A stretch of 63,987 nucleotides of DNA, filler included. It is 7 parts of 7 records of this genome, joined end to end, with 100 filler letters (N's around TTAATTAATTAA, not from the genome) between each part and the next. Parts side by side here need not be neighbours in the genome. Positions count along the whole stretch, not along the records: positions 1 to 13,747 come from SRR31147125_87236; positions 13,848 to 22,476 come from SRR31147125_87286; 5 more parts are not named here. One strand, given 5' to 3'. Below, in pieces: positions 10,354 to 20,432 of the stretch. How positions within the stretch are numbered: the stretch's first letter is position 1; every line of letters begins with the position of its first letter. The notes under the pieces were generated by a model, which made no database searches, was not told the DNA's origin, and saw only the letters and a program-made list of their open reading frames with translations. Both the position numbers and the translations under genes were made by a program.

Positions 10354-11010
10354 ATGCCGAATAGTGATACATCCTTAGCCAAAGCCGACATCTCTTTCCG
10401 AAAAAGAGGTTGCGGTATTGATTCCGATATGGAGAATCTGATCAGATCTATCAAGGTGATGACACTTGCGGCACCATGGAAAAGGGGGATTTGGTCAGCA
10501 CCACTTTACTATTTTTATAAAAATGGCAATTTCTATTTTTTCTCTTCCCCAACCTCAAGGCATATCGTTGGAGCCACAACATCATCCTCGTCTTCATCAC
10601 CATCACCATCACTATCGTCATCCTCATCGCCTGTCTCGGTTTTATCTGATCAATTTGATATGAATTCCATACCAAGGGGAAAATCAGACTTTTCAAAAAA
10701 GATGGATACGGTAAAGAAATCTCAACTCAGCAGTTGCGCTGCGTCCATTTTTCATGATGATCCATGCATTAGCCGAATCAAAGGAATTCAAATGCAGGGG
10801 GTGGAGAAGGTCACGAGAAAGAGAGAGGCCGTGTCAATTGCCGTTGCCTATGCCGCAAGATTTGGATTATCCTCTCCCCATGCTACTGATGATATGCTGA
10901 CTTTCCTGCAGCAGCAGTTTCGAGCCGCCCTCTATAAGTTTACCCCTTCCAGATTGGTTTACATGGACAACAGTGTCCGCATCGGATTTAAAGAAGAGAT
11001 CGAATTATGA
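10354..11010 (+). CDS. Pyridoxamine 5'-phosphate oxidase-like (FMN split-barrel) protein with Ser-rich insertion
   Basis: VMTLA..W.APLYY..FFSSPTSRH..IKGIQMQG..YMDNS..GFKEEI pattern. Confidence 0.7.
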   Translation: MPNSDTSLAKADISFRKRGCGIDSDMENLIRSIKVMTLAAPWKRGIWSAPLYYFYKNGNFYFFSSPTSRHIVGATTSSSSSSPSPSLSSSSSPVSVLSDQFDMNSIPRGKSDFSKKMDTVKKSQLSSCAASIFHDDPCISRIKGIQMQGVEKVTRKREAVSIAVAYAARFGLSSPHATDDMLTFLQQQFRAALYKFTPSRLVYMDNSVRIGFKEEIEL

Positions 11011-12993
11011 AATTTACAAGTTTGAACGACTGTGTCTCCTTTCTCGAAAAGGAGGGGGAGCTCATTCGGATCGAAGAGGAACTGGATCCTGATCTTGAAA
11101 TGGCGGAGGTTCATAACCGGGTGTTTGACGCGGAAGGCCCTGCCGTTTTATTTCAAAATGTCAAAGGAAGTGCTTTTCCGGCGGTATCCAATCTATTTGG
11201 AACCTATGAAAGAGCCGTTAAAATATTGGAGCCTCAGCTTGAAAAGGTGACGACGCTGATCAATTTGAAAAGTGATCCCGCTTTGCTGTTAAAGCATCCC
11301 GTCAAGGCTGCCGAAGCGCTGTTCAATGCATTCCATGCGCTGCCTCGAAGAAAAAAGAGTGGGCCGGTTTTACAAAGCCGATGTCATATCCATGATCTCC
11401 CCATGATTCGATGTTGGCCCAAAGATGGGGGGGTTTATCTATTTGCCTCAGGTGTTTTCAAGGAATCCAGTGAAAAATGGGACTGGAAGTCACTCCGGAT
11501 CCGGCAAAGTAATGGGAAAAAGAAGAGCAGGCGGCATCTTGAATTCGAACTTAGGCATGTACCGCATTCAACTTTCGGGCAACGATTATGCCATGGATCG
11601 AGAAATCGGCGTGCATTATCAGATTCATAGAGGAATCGGAAATCATCACACACGTGCACTTGAACACAATCTTCCTTTGCCGGTCAGTATTTTTGTCGGA
11701 GGACCGCCGGCACACGCTCTTGCTGCAGTAATGCCGCTTCCTGAAGGTTTGCCGGAGGTGGCGTTTGCCGGAGCTCTTTCAGGACGGGCGTTTCACTACA
11801 CTGAAACGAGTGGTGGAAATGGACGAAATGGAAAAAGAGGTGGAAGATCTGGAAGCGATGGAAAGGGCTTGATGTCCCATGTGATTTCTTTGGATGCCGA
11901 TTTTTGTATTACCGGTCGAATCATGCCCGGAAAGACAAAGCCCGAAGGCCCTTTTGGGGATCATCTGGGGTACTATTCATTGACCCATGAGTTTCCCTAT
12001 CTGGAAGTCGACACGGTGTATCACAGAAAAGATGCCATCTGGCCTTTTACGGTGGTGGGAAGACCTCCCAGGGAAGATTCGGTGTTCGGCAGGTTGATTC
12101 ATGAAATGACGGCAAGTGCCATCCCCGATACCATCCCCGGCGTTACCGCGGTTCATGCCGTTGATGCGGCAGGTGTCCATCCCCTTCTTTTTGCCAAAGC
12201 CCTGGAGCGGTATGTTCCTTATGATAAGAAGAAACCCAGGGAGTTGTTGACCCATGCCAATGCCATCCTGGGAACCGGACAGCTCTCCCTTGCAAAATAC
12301 TTGATCATCACGTCCCACTACGATCATCCCACATTGGATATCCATGATGAGATGGGATTTTTGATGCATATTCTGGAAAGGATCGATTTTAGAACGGATC
12401 TCCATTTTCAGACTTGCACCACCATGGATACGTTGGATTACTCATCGGAAGGGTTGAATGAGGGATCCAAAGTGGTTTGGGCGATTGCCGGAAAGAAACA
12501 AAGAGAGTTGCTGCGATTTCTCCCGAGTTCGGTGCATTCGTCGATTCCGTCTCACTTCTCAAATCCAAAATTAGCCGCTCCCGGAATGATGGTGATCCAG
12601 GGGATGCCGTTTATCAGTTATGAAGACGTTGAAAAAGAACTTCAAACCTTGACTCGGCATTTGGGTGAGCTGGAAAGAGCAAAGAGGGATCGGGGGAGGG
12701 GGCAAAGTAAAATGACAGGACTCCCACTGATCGTTATTGTTGATGATGCCGATGAAGCTGCCGGAGATTTTTCCACATTTTTATGGATCACATTTTCTCG
12801 ATCAAATCCATCCCACGACATCTATGGCGTGGGGAGTTTTACGCGATTCAAGCATTGGGGCTGTACCGGCTCTTTGATAATTGATGCACGAATCAAACCA
12901 TTCCATGCCCCTCCACTTGTTCAGGATAAAAAGGTAATGCAGCGGGTGGAGAAATTGGGTGTAATGGGAGGTCCATTGCACGGAATCATTTAA
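11007..12993 (+). CDS. ubiD: UbiD-family prFMN-dependent decarboxylase, split into two ORFs by a frameshift at G7 (11427-11433)
   Basis: WPKDGG continues as FIYLPQV in the next frame; NLGMYR, EGPFGDH, VGRPPRED, DAAGVHPL. Confidence 0.88.
11812..11865 (+). repeat. Six degenerate 9-bp tandem units forming a Gly-rich in-frame insertion in UbiD
   Basis: ggtggaaat ggacgaaat ggaaaaaga ggtggaaga tctggaagc gatggaaag. Confidence 0.6.
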
Positions 12994-13004
12994 TTCTTCG
13001 GCCA

Positions 13005-13679
13005 TTACGCACCACCGGATATAAATTTGAAAATGGTCTGTACGACAGGATAGAGGTAAGTTTCAATGAATGACCAATCTTCAATGCGCATCAGAGCAAA
13101 GAAGAGCACCAAAAGGTATGGTGCAATGCGTATCACCCGTTTTGAAACAACCGATTCCCTGATTTTTTCCGGAATAATGCTGTAAAACACCGATGCACCG
13201 GCAAGGGGAGGGAGGGGGATGAAGTGGAAAACAAACACCATTATATTCACGGCCATCACAATGGTGAATACTTGATCTTCTAAACTCCATTGGGCCATTA
13301 CCCACACAATGCTTCCTGCAATGCCCGCTAAAATAAGGTTGGCAAACGCGCCACTGAATTTGATTATAAATACTGAAAAACCGGGATGTTTGAATCGAGT
13401 GGGGGTGATATGAATTTGGCGAGGCCAGCCAAATCCGGCCACGGCAAAACAGAGCAGCCCTGCAGGATGGATATGTAAAAGGGGGTTGAAATGAAACCGG
13501 TCTTTGGCTTCACTGTCGGCATCGCCCAAAGCGGTGGCCATGAATGCCTGAGCTTCGGCATTGACGGTGATGGCCATCAGCGCTGCGACGATGAAAATGA
13601 TGACCTTGTCCAATTCCAGGTTGCTGAAGTTGAGAAGAAACGGAATATCAATGAGTGTCGAAGAAGAGGTAGAGGGCAT
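13005..13679 (-). CDS. Site-2 protease (M50) homologue lacking the zinc ligands
   Basis: ALGD..RFHFNPLLHI..GFGWPR..GAFANL..FHFIPLPPLAG matches the M50 pattern, but HExxH reads NAEAQ and PPLDG reads PPLAG. Confidence 0.8.
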   Translation of the reverse strand: MPSTSSSTLIDIPFLLNFSNLELDKVIIFIVAALMAITVNAEAQAFMATALGDADSEAKDRFHFNPLLHIHPAGLLCFAVAGFGWPRQIHITPTRFKHPGFSVFIIKFSGAFANLILAGIAGSIVWVMAQWSLEDQVFTIVMAVNIMVFVFHFIPLPPLAGASVFYSIIPEKIRESVVSKRVIRIAPYLLVLFFALMRIEDWSFIETYLYPVVQTIFKFISGGA

Positions 13680-13747
13680 AGATCACACCATATTTAAGAA
13701 AGTAACTTGTTTATGCCTTAACCCTACAGCGTCACTTATCGGTTTTA

Positions 13748-13847
13748 NNNNNNNNNNNNNNNNNNNNNNNNNNNNNNNNNNNNNNNNNNNNTTAATTAAT
13801 TAANNNNNNNNNNNNNNNNNNNNNNNNNNNNNNNNNNNNNNNNNNNN
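13748..13847. other. Artificial contig spacer
   Basis: N run with central TTAATTAATTAA (stops in all six frames). Confidence 0.99.
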
Positions 13848-14203
13848 GGGGTCGATGGCGCCATCCAGCCACGTGGACAGCAGATGGTTGGCATCCTGAA
13901 TGATTTTCTCGTAGTCTGCCTTGCGGGCGTTTTGAAACTGCGAGATGACCTGATCGTCTGTCAATCCTTCCACAAACCGCAATTCGGAAATCGACCCGTC
14001 ACCGCCGCCATCAACGACCTCCTTGAGCGTCCAGCTTAAATCTTCCCGTGATTGCTCGGTAAAGGGCATGACATAGACCGACTGCTTGATGGCCACGGCC
14101 CCGATTTTTGTAGTCTACGCCATATTTTTACCCTGAGCGCATCGGGCTTGGGGGGAATTTGGTGAATCAGCACCAACCATATTTTTCGCTTTTCAGATAC
14201 CAT
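13848..14203 (-). CDS. chrB: ChrB chromate-resistance regulator N-terminal domain; frameshift at T5 (14105-14109); 3'-truncated
   Basis: WLVLIHQIPPKPDALRVKIWRRLQK(I)GAVAIKQSVYVMP..EDLSW..GGDG..FQNARKADY. Confidence 0.85.
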
Positions 14204-14221
14204 TCCATCACCTAAATCATA

Positions 14222-14260
14222 TGTTACATATATAAAGTAACAAATGTTACAATAAGTCAA
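14222..14260 (-). promoter_or_regulatory. chrB promoter with palindromic operator
   Basis: Minus-strand TTGACT (14260-14255); GTAACA-AA-TGTTAC at 14237-14250 plus a third TGTTAC half-site at 14222-14227. Confidence 0.6.
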
Positions 14261-14346
14261 GCGCGAATTTCAATTTTCCTCGTCCCGGAAACCACTTTTG
14301 AATGGTTGGCCGGCCGATACGGCTTCAAGGAAGAAACGCGCTTCGA

Positions 14347-14664
14347 ATGGTCGATCAGGAATTTGAGAACGAGCTATCCGAATTAAAATCGCAGAAAAAG
14401 GCAAAACAACCGGAGATGCCTGACTAAGCATGCCCAGGGGGAGAGAACACCGTCATGCACCAGGTGCTTATTGTGGCCATTATATTTGGCGGCATCATTA
14501 TCGCCCTGGCGATCATCCCGGTGACGATTCTGTTTGCCATAAAACTTATCAAGGGAAGGGTTCAGGGCAATGACCGCTTAAAACGGCGCATTCAGCGCAT
14601 GGAGGATGTGGTAACCGACAAGGAATTCGATTGGGATGAACGGTTCAATGCACGTCATCGATGA
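14347..14664 (+). pseudogene. Deleted phage-shock (psp) operon relic: PspA-like C-terminus, then a PspB-like N-terminus fused to a PspC-like C-terminus (ORF 14455-14664)
   Basis: MVDQEFENELSELKSQ...stop; MHQVLIVAIIFGG..IKLIKG joined to DRLKRRIQRMEDVVTDKEFDWDERFN. Confidence 0.55.
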
Positions 14665-14824
14665 AATTTCCGTTGTTTTAAGCTATCGTGTTTAAGATAA
14701 TGTTTTTGACAAGGCCTTAAGGGAGGACGCCGTAATGGTATACTGCAACGACCGATAACGCAGCCCAAAAGCATTGTCTTGGATGCGATACGAAGACGCC
14801 GGCATCTGGCCATCACCACCGGGC

Positions 14825-15610
14825 TCATCCCAAAATAACAATCCCGTAGCGCGAACTTGTGGAATTGGCGGTACCGCCTTTACTTTCCGTCCACCCGGAA
14901 ATTTTCAAGAGGTGATTCATGTTTATGCCATAACCCGAGACGGAGGGGCGAGAGAAATCCGGGTTTCGACAGGCGCCGCTTCCGCTTAAAACCCGGCAAC
15001 GGGCGTGGTCATAACAGAAAAGATTCTTGCATGAGCCTCCCGCAAAGCCCCTGGCCATGAGAAATCCCATTTCCCTTGCCGTGATTTCCAGCTGTACGAC
15101 GATAAAATGGAGAAGCTGGCCGATTTCCCTGAAGCGGTCGGAATACATCTTTTCCCGTGAAACGTCGAGTTTAAGAACAAGCGCAAAGCTTGTTTTTTTT
15201 ATATACTCCCGTAACCATTCCGGACCTTCCACATGCGGTGGACACGTCGGAGAGAGTCCATAGTTTGGGCATTTGGCTTCGCGGCAGAGATTCGCCAAAT
15301 AGTCTTCGGCCAGAATGTCTCCGGCATCGACAACCGTCGCCGCGCTACCCCCCAGGCTTATTGCCAACCCGATAAGTTCATCCAAGCGGTCACTGAGTGC
15401 AACCTGCTTCGATTCATCCGAGTTTGGATCCGGTATCACAACTGAAGGATTGTGATTGTAGACGACCATGCCGCACTTTGCGCAGCGCCGTTTCACTTCA
15501 TCCGACCAGATTTCTACAATTTCGCCGCATTGAGGACAATGCTGCTCAACAGGGATGACCGTTAGCGTTCGATCCAGGCCGGGACATTTTAATGTATCGT
15601 TAAAGCTCAT
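14825..15610 (-). CDS. DUF2284 predicted metal-binding protein with an extra N-terminal zinc ribbon
   Basis: CPNYGLSPTCPPH, GSCKNLFC, CRNPDFSRPS..GI; N-terminal CPG..CPQCGEIVEIWSDE..CAKC. Confidence 0.8.
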   Translation of the reverse strand: MSFNDTLKCPGLDRTLTVIPVEQHCPQCGEIVEIWSDEVKRRCAKCGMVVYNHNPSVVIPDPNSDESKQVALSDRLDELIGLAISLGGSAATVVDAGDILAEDYLANLCREAKCPNYGLSPTCPPHVEGPEWLREYIKKTSFALVLKLDVSREKMYSDRFREIGQLLHFIVVQLEITAREMGFLMARGFAGGSCKNLFCYDHARCRVLSGSGACRNPDFSRPSVSGYGINMNHLLKISGWTESKGGTANSTSSRYGIVILG

Positions 15611-15755
15611 TGTTATTTCCTCGTTGAGACCGGAAACTTAATTTTCCTGCATGCGTCAACTTCCCGCTCCATAATATCGGGTTCGTTGCCCCGGCATTCT
15701 TATCGCCCGGGGATATGGTGGATAAAGATCGTCCATGATATGCTTTCGGGCATCG

Positions 15756-16157
15756 TCACCGTTTTATTTTTCCGCAAGCGGGGCAAAGCCCGAACAGAAA
15801 AATTTCATGGGCTTCCACTTCGAATCCGTCGGGTGCGATTTCATCCTCCTTCAGGGCACAACCGGGCAGTTCGAATGCGCGGTTGCATTCCCGGCAATGG
15901 AAATGGTGATGATGGTCCCTATCGGCTTTTTCATACAATGTTCCCCGCAAGGGATGCACCACCCGTTTCAACCACCCGTCATCAACGAGAAGCTTCAGAT
16001 TCCGATAGACCGTTGCCTGGTTTAAGGACGCCACGGACCTGCGGCCGTATTCAAGAATCTCATCCACGCCCAGTGGTCTGTCGTGTTTCCTGAAGACCTG
16101 CTCGATGGCCACCCGTTGTGTTGTGTTACGCCTCAAAGTCTGAACCTCCTTGTTCAT
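15756..16157 (-). CDS. Fur-family metalloregulator
   Basis: [31 protein letters not shown]; start taken at ATG 16157. Confidence 0.92.
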   Translation of the reverse strand: MNKEVQTLRRNTTQRVAIEQVFRKHDRPLGVDEILEYGRRSVASLNQATVYRNLKLLVDDGWLKRVVHPLRGTLYEKADRDHHHHFHCRECNRAFELPGCALKEDEIAPDGFEVEAHEIFLFGLCPACGKIKR

Positions 16158-16269
16158 ATAGCATTCAAGATAATGTCTTTGGGCTGCTATAATACGGCTT
16201 CCTCTCTCTGGCCGTGCCAAAAACATTATCGTAAACACGATAACTTATAAAGTTATGTCTTCGCCTTCA

Positions 16270-16341
16270 TTATTGCAATTGTTTTCGCAATAAACTTGAC
16301 AAGGATCGATTTTCGCATGTAAAAATGCAAATGAATTTGCA
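16270..16341. promoter_or_regulatory. Two TGC-N10-GCA palindromes flanking a TTGACA element; candidate operators of the Fur-family regulator
   Basis: TTATTGC-N10-GCAATAA (16270-16293), TTGACA (16296-16301), TGCAAAT-GA-ATTTGCA (16326-16341). Confidence 0.65.
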
Positions 16342-16378
16342 ACTGCAATTATGGCCGGCGATTCAATAAAATCTGAAT

Positions 16379-18490
16379 TTGGACAAAAGGAACAACATCA
16401 AGATGATTGTCGTAAAAAAAACAGGTCTGGTGATGGCGGTGCTTCTTCTGATGGCTTTCAATCATTCATACGCTCAAGAGAACAAGGGTGATGCACCACC
16501 TTCCGCCGATGATCCCCCCCGAAAGGTATTCGAGCTTGAAACCATCGTCGTGACCGGCGCCAGAAATGATGATCAAAAAAGGGAAATCCAACGCCGCAAA
16601 CTAAGAGTGCATAAGGTGGTTGATTTGGCCGAAATCCTTTCCGACGAATTGGTGGAGGTGCAGATGATCCGCAAAAGCGGATACGGCAACGAGGTGTCCG
16701 TGCGCGGTTTCGGTCAAGAGAACTTCAAGGTCCTGCTGGATGGCGGCATCCTCGAGGGGGCCTGCGGAAGCCGAAAGGACCCATCGCTTTCCCATATTAA
16801 CATGTTGACGGTGCAAAAATTGACGATCCAGCAGGGCCCTTTCGACGTCGCGAAGCCGGGTTGTCTGGGCGGCTATATAGACGTCATCACCAAGAAACCG
16901 GAGTCCGGTTTCGAGGGCGAGATTCTCGGCAAGATCGGAAGTTATGGGTTTTACAGCGGCGGGTTGACGACCAGCGGCGGCAACGATACGGTTCAAGGGC
17001 TTATCGGGACCAACTTCTCAGAGTCCGACCAGTATGAAGACGGCTCCGGTGACAGGCTTTGGACGGTGCGCGAGGGCCTGGCCGCTTCCTACAACGCCGA
17101 AGGGCGTGACGCCAAGGCCTTCCAGAAACACGACCTGTGGGGCAAACTGCAGTTCACGCCCGGCGAGCAGCATAAGATCCTGCTGGAGCATACTTACGGG
17201 AAAGCCGAAGACATCCTCACGCCGCGGGTCGCATTCGATACGGAAGAAGAGAAGACCCATCTGACCAAGGCAAGCTGGGAGATGCGCGCCCTTGGCGACC
17301 TGTCGCAGACGCTTACGCTCTCCTTTTATCGTAACGAGGTGGACCATTACCCCTTCCAGGGCTTGCGCGCCGTGGCCACCCCCAAGAACAACAAGGTCGA
17401 GTCGGTTATCACGGGCGGCGCCATTCAGAATGTCACCGAAACGAATTTGGCGACCCTAACCTACGGCGTCGATATATACCACCGCGATTGGTGGGGTGAC
17501 GTTTACAACAGCCTGACCGGTCTCAAGCTCAACGACAACCTTATCCCTTCCGTTGAAACAACCAACATCGGCGGATACATCCAAATGGACAGGGGACTTG
17601 GCAGATGGTCGCTGGCATTGGGCTTGAGGTATGACTACGCCCGGCAGGAGGCCGAGGAGGAATTGACCTTTACCCAAACCATCACCGATGAAAATCGCCA
17701 GACGGACCATCTTTTCGGCGGTCATGTCTCGGCAAACTATTTTTTGAGCGATGAGGCCGTGTTTTTCGGCGGTGTCGGACGCAGCCTGCGGAGTCCAACA
17801 TCCACCGAGCGATACATCCAGGGCAACGCCACCTTCTTTGGTAATCCAGAACTCAAGCCCACGGTCAATACGGAGTTTGACCTGGGTTTCAAATACGAAC
17901 GCGGACGATGGCTGTTTCAGGCAAAGGGGTTCTATTCCGATCTGGAAGACTATATCTATCAGGAGAACAACCTCGTCGGATATCGGAGTTACACGAACCT
18001 TGACGCCCACATCTGGGGAGGGGATATCAGGGCCGATGTGGATCTGGCGGCCGGCTTCTCCCTGGACGGTGGACTCGCCTACCAGCGGGGACGAAAGGAT
18101 AGCCACCCCGATAACAACAGGGATGACGATCTTGGGATGATCGCCCCGCTCAAGGGGCGGCTGGCGCTGAATTTTAACAACGATCGACCGTTCGGACAGG
18201 CGCGCGCCGGCATGTTCGGAACCGTCGAGTGGGTCCATTCCAACGCGGCCAAGAATGTCGATGAGGATGCCGGAGAAAAGCCACTCGATGCGTGGGATAT
18301 CATGAACCTGCGCTTGGGGTACCAGTTTAAGGCCATCATGCTGAATATCGGCATCGACAACGTTTTCGACCGAAAGTACACCGTGGTGAATTCCTACGAG
18401 TGGGACGTGATCGGCGGGACGGGCGCCAACCCCGCCATCGTCAACGAGCCGGGACGGTTTGTCTATGCAACCCTTGGATACAATTGGTAG
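16379..18490 (+). CDS. TonB-dependent receptor, OprC/NosA-like (start may be ATG 16403)
   Basis: Signal peptide, ETIVVTG TonB box, VRGF plug, [31 protein letters not shown] terminus. Confidence 0.92.
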   Translation: MDKRNNIKMIVVKKTGLVMAVLLLMAFNHSYAQENKGDAPPSADDPPRKVFELETIVVTGARNDDQKREIQRRKLRVHKVVDLAEILSDELVEVQMIRKSGYGNEVSVRGFGQENFKVLLDGGILEGACGSRKDPSLSHINMLTVQKLTIQQGPFDVAKPGCLGGYIDVITKKPESGFEGEILGKIGSYGFYSGGLTTSGGNDTVQGLIGTNFSESDQYEDGSGDRLWTVREGLAASYNAEGRDAKAFQKHDLWGKLQFTPGEQHKILLEHTYGKAEDILTPRVAFDTEEEKTHLTKASWEMRALGDLSQTLTLSFYRNEVDHYPFQGLRAVATPKNNKVESVITGGAIQNVTETNLATLTYGVDIYHRDWWGDVYNSLTGLKLNDNLIPSVETTNIGGYIQMDRGLGRWSLALGLRYDYARQEAEEELTFTQTITDENRQTDHLFGGHVSANYFLSDEAVFFGGVGRSLRSPTSTERYIQGNATFFGNPELKPTVNTEFDLGFKYERGRWLFQAKGFYSDLEDYIYQENNLVGYRSYTNLDAHIWGGDIRADVDLAAGFSLDGGLAYQRGRKDSHPDNNRDDDLGMIAPLKGRLALNFNNDRPFGQARAGMFGTVEWVHSNAAKNVDEDAGEKPLDAWDIMNLRLGYQFKAIMLNIGIDNVFDRKYTVVNSYEWDVIGGTGANPAIVNEPGRFVYATLGYNW

Positions 18491-18504
18491 TTTTTACCGT
18501 GTCG

Positions 18505-19444
18505 TCAGTTAATGATCGATCCGATGAAAAGGATCGAGCCGATGATTGTGATGCCGGCGGCGCCGCCCAGGGCGAGAAGGGCGTAGGCCAAAGTGAACAG
18601 TCGCCGGTTGCCCTCCGCTTAGAACCAGAAAACGCTGTTTGAGTACGATGGTCAAGATGGCGAACATGGCGGTGGTGATGGACATGCCGGCGGCGACGCA
18701 GATCATGGCCCCCAGACCGGCAGGGAGAATCCCCAGGGTAAGGGAAAAGAGCAGAATCATCGCCGCACCCGGGCAAGGAACGATGCCGATCGCCAGGGCC
18801 GCAGCGAAAAGGCTATGGGGGGCCGAGGCGTCCGGGCATCCGTGGTGATTGTGAAAGTCGCCTGACCGTAGCCGCAATACCGTGTGCCCGGCCAGGAACA
18901 GCCCCAGTCCGGTCAGCAACCCATAACTGATGCGTTCCAGCACCGCGGTGGCATTCTCCAGGGTCATGGCGCCTGATCTATTAAGCACCAGCGCGCCCAC
19001 GAGGATCAGGACAGTGCCGGAAAGCACATGAATGATCATGGTCAGGCCACTCAACAGCAGTCCTCGTTTGATGGTGCCCGGGCGGTTGAGGAAATAGGCA
19101 CAGGCGTATACCTTACCATGGCCCGGCCCCAGGGCGTGAACCATGCCGTAGATGAAAGAGAAAAACATAAACATCTGGAATGAAACGCCAAAGGGCTGCC
19201 GGCGGATGTCATTAGCCAGCCGGATCATGTTTTGCCTGATCGTCATCTGGGTCATGATGATCTTTTGCATTACCGGTTGAAGAAACGCCGGATAACCGAC
19301 TGTCGGAATTTTGTCAGGCGTATTGGCGGGCCGCTTCGAGGAGATAAAAGGATTGCGTGCCGCCTGGACCAACGTTCCATTATGCCATGGCATGGGGCCC
19401 ACGATGGCTACAATAAGAATGATAAAGGCCAGAAGACGCATCAT
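18505..19444 (-). CDS. Nickel/cobalt transporter (NiCoT/RcnA-like); frameshift near 18620 hides the last TM helix
   Basis: YGMVHALGPGHGK, HNHHGC loop, GIVPCPGA; alternative frame gives AEGNRRLFTLAYALLALGGAAGITIIGSILFIGSIIN-stop at 18505. Confidence 0.85.
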
Positions 19445-20229
19445 TGTTTGGGTTCGAAGGCCAGGACAACGGCTTGAGGAATGATTTGATCGTGGAAATA
19501 AGCCATGTCGGCGGCGTCCTTCACTTGAGTGTTGATCGTAAATCCCTGCGTGTGACCCCTAACTTGAATTTTCCCATTGAATTTGGTAATGCCCACGGCC
19601 TTGGAAAAACGCTCGTAATCCCCGGGCCGCGCCGGTGTCTCCCGGTTGGCGAACATCGGATCCCGGGACGGATCGATGGTGGCCTCACCCTCGGTGGCAT
19701 AGGCCACATACGTGTAAAAGGAATCGTCGTATACCGCTACCTTTACCTGTTGACGCTTGCCAGGTATGGTCGCCACCCGGCAGGGAACCAGAAAATCATA
19801 GACCAGCCGGTTGCCATGCATATCGGCCGTAAAATCAGTGATCGTGTCGACGGGGACGTCGTGGCCATTCACACGGATGGCCGTGAAATAGTGATAGTCC
19901 CTGAGGCTCTCCACGGTTAAATCGCCCAGCGCCGTTTTTTCATCCCCGGAAAGGACAGCATTGCGATCCCTGTCGACGACGTCGAGAATCGATACCGTGG
20001 TCATTTCGTCAAGCGTCCAGCGTTGATGACACCCAACCAGTCCGGTATGATCCATGACAAAGGCGACCGTGCAGGTCAAAAACGCGTGCGGGTGAGCCGA
20101 CACCCCGGCCCCGCCAAGAACATGGAAAACGGCCAGGATGATCCCCATAATTTTCAAATGGCAACCCAGCCAATTTGTTATTTTGCCTTTGATCCGCATG
20201 CGTATTCCTAATACCGAATTCTTTTTCAA
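19441..20229 (-). CDS. DUF1007 periplasmic metal-binding protein (start uncertain)
   Basis: Signal then AHPHAF, W.LDEM, YFT, VAVYDDSFY; overlaps the NiCoT start (ATGA), the usual pairing. Confidence 0.85.
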   Translation of the reverse strand: MKKNSVLGIRMRIKGKITNWLGCHLKIMGIILAVFHVLGGAGVSAHPHAFLTCTVAFVMDHTGLVGCHQRWTLDEMTTVSILDVVDRDRNAVLSGDEKTALGDLTVESLRDYHYFTAIRVNGHDVPVDTITDFTADMHGNRLVYDFLVPCRVATIPGKRQQVKVAVYDDSFYTYVAYATEGEATIDPSRDPMFANRETPARPGDYERFSKAVGITKFNGKIQVRGHTQGFTINTQVKDAADMAYFHDQIIPQAVVLAFEPKQ

Positions 20230-20432
20230 ATATAAATCAAATATTTTTCCTCCGGCTTTTTCAGCGTTAAGATGTCTTCGGCATTTAGAGGACTCAAGTT
20301 GAATCTCTATAACACCTAAAAGGGGTTGACACTTAAATTGTGGATCGATATGAGAGTGCTATCATAATTTGAAATCATTAACAAGGTGAGTTAAGTCTTG
20401 CGGCGGCCGGTCGCTGGGCGACGCTGCATGAA

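Noticed and set aside
10466-10663. His-rich 65-aa ORF as a metal-binding peptide
   Set aside because: Alternative frame of the poly-Ser TCA repeat inside the split-barrel gene
16205-16222. sigma54 promoter (TGGCACG on the minus strand; also TGGCA at 50181)
   Set aside because: No TTGC -12 element at the required spacing
20230-20432. Cobalamin riboswitch or NikR box upstream of DUF1007/NiCoT
   Set aside because: No B12-box visible; the TATGA-N8-TCATA spacing does not fit NikR sites I know
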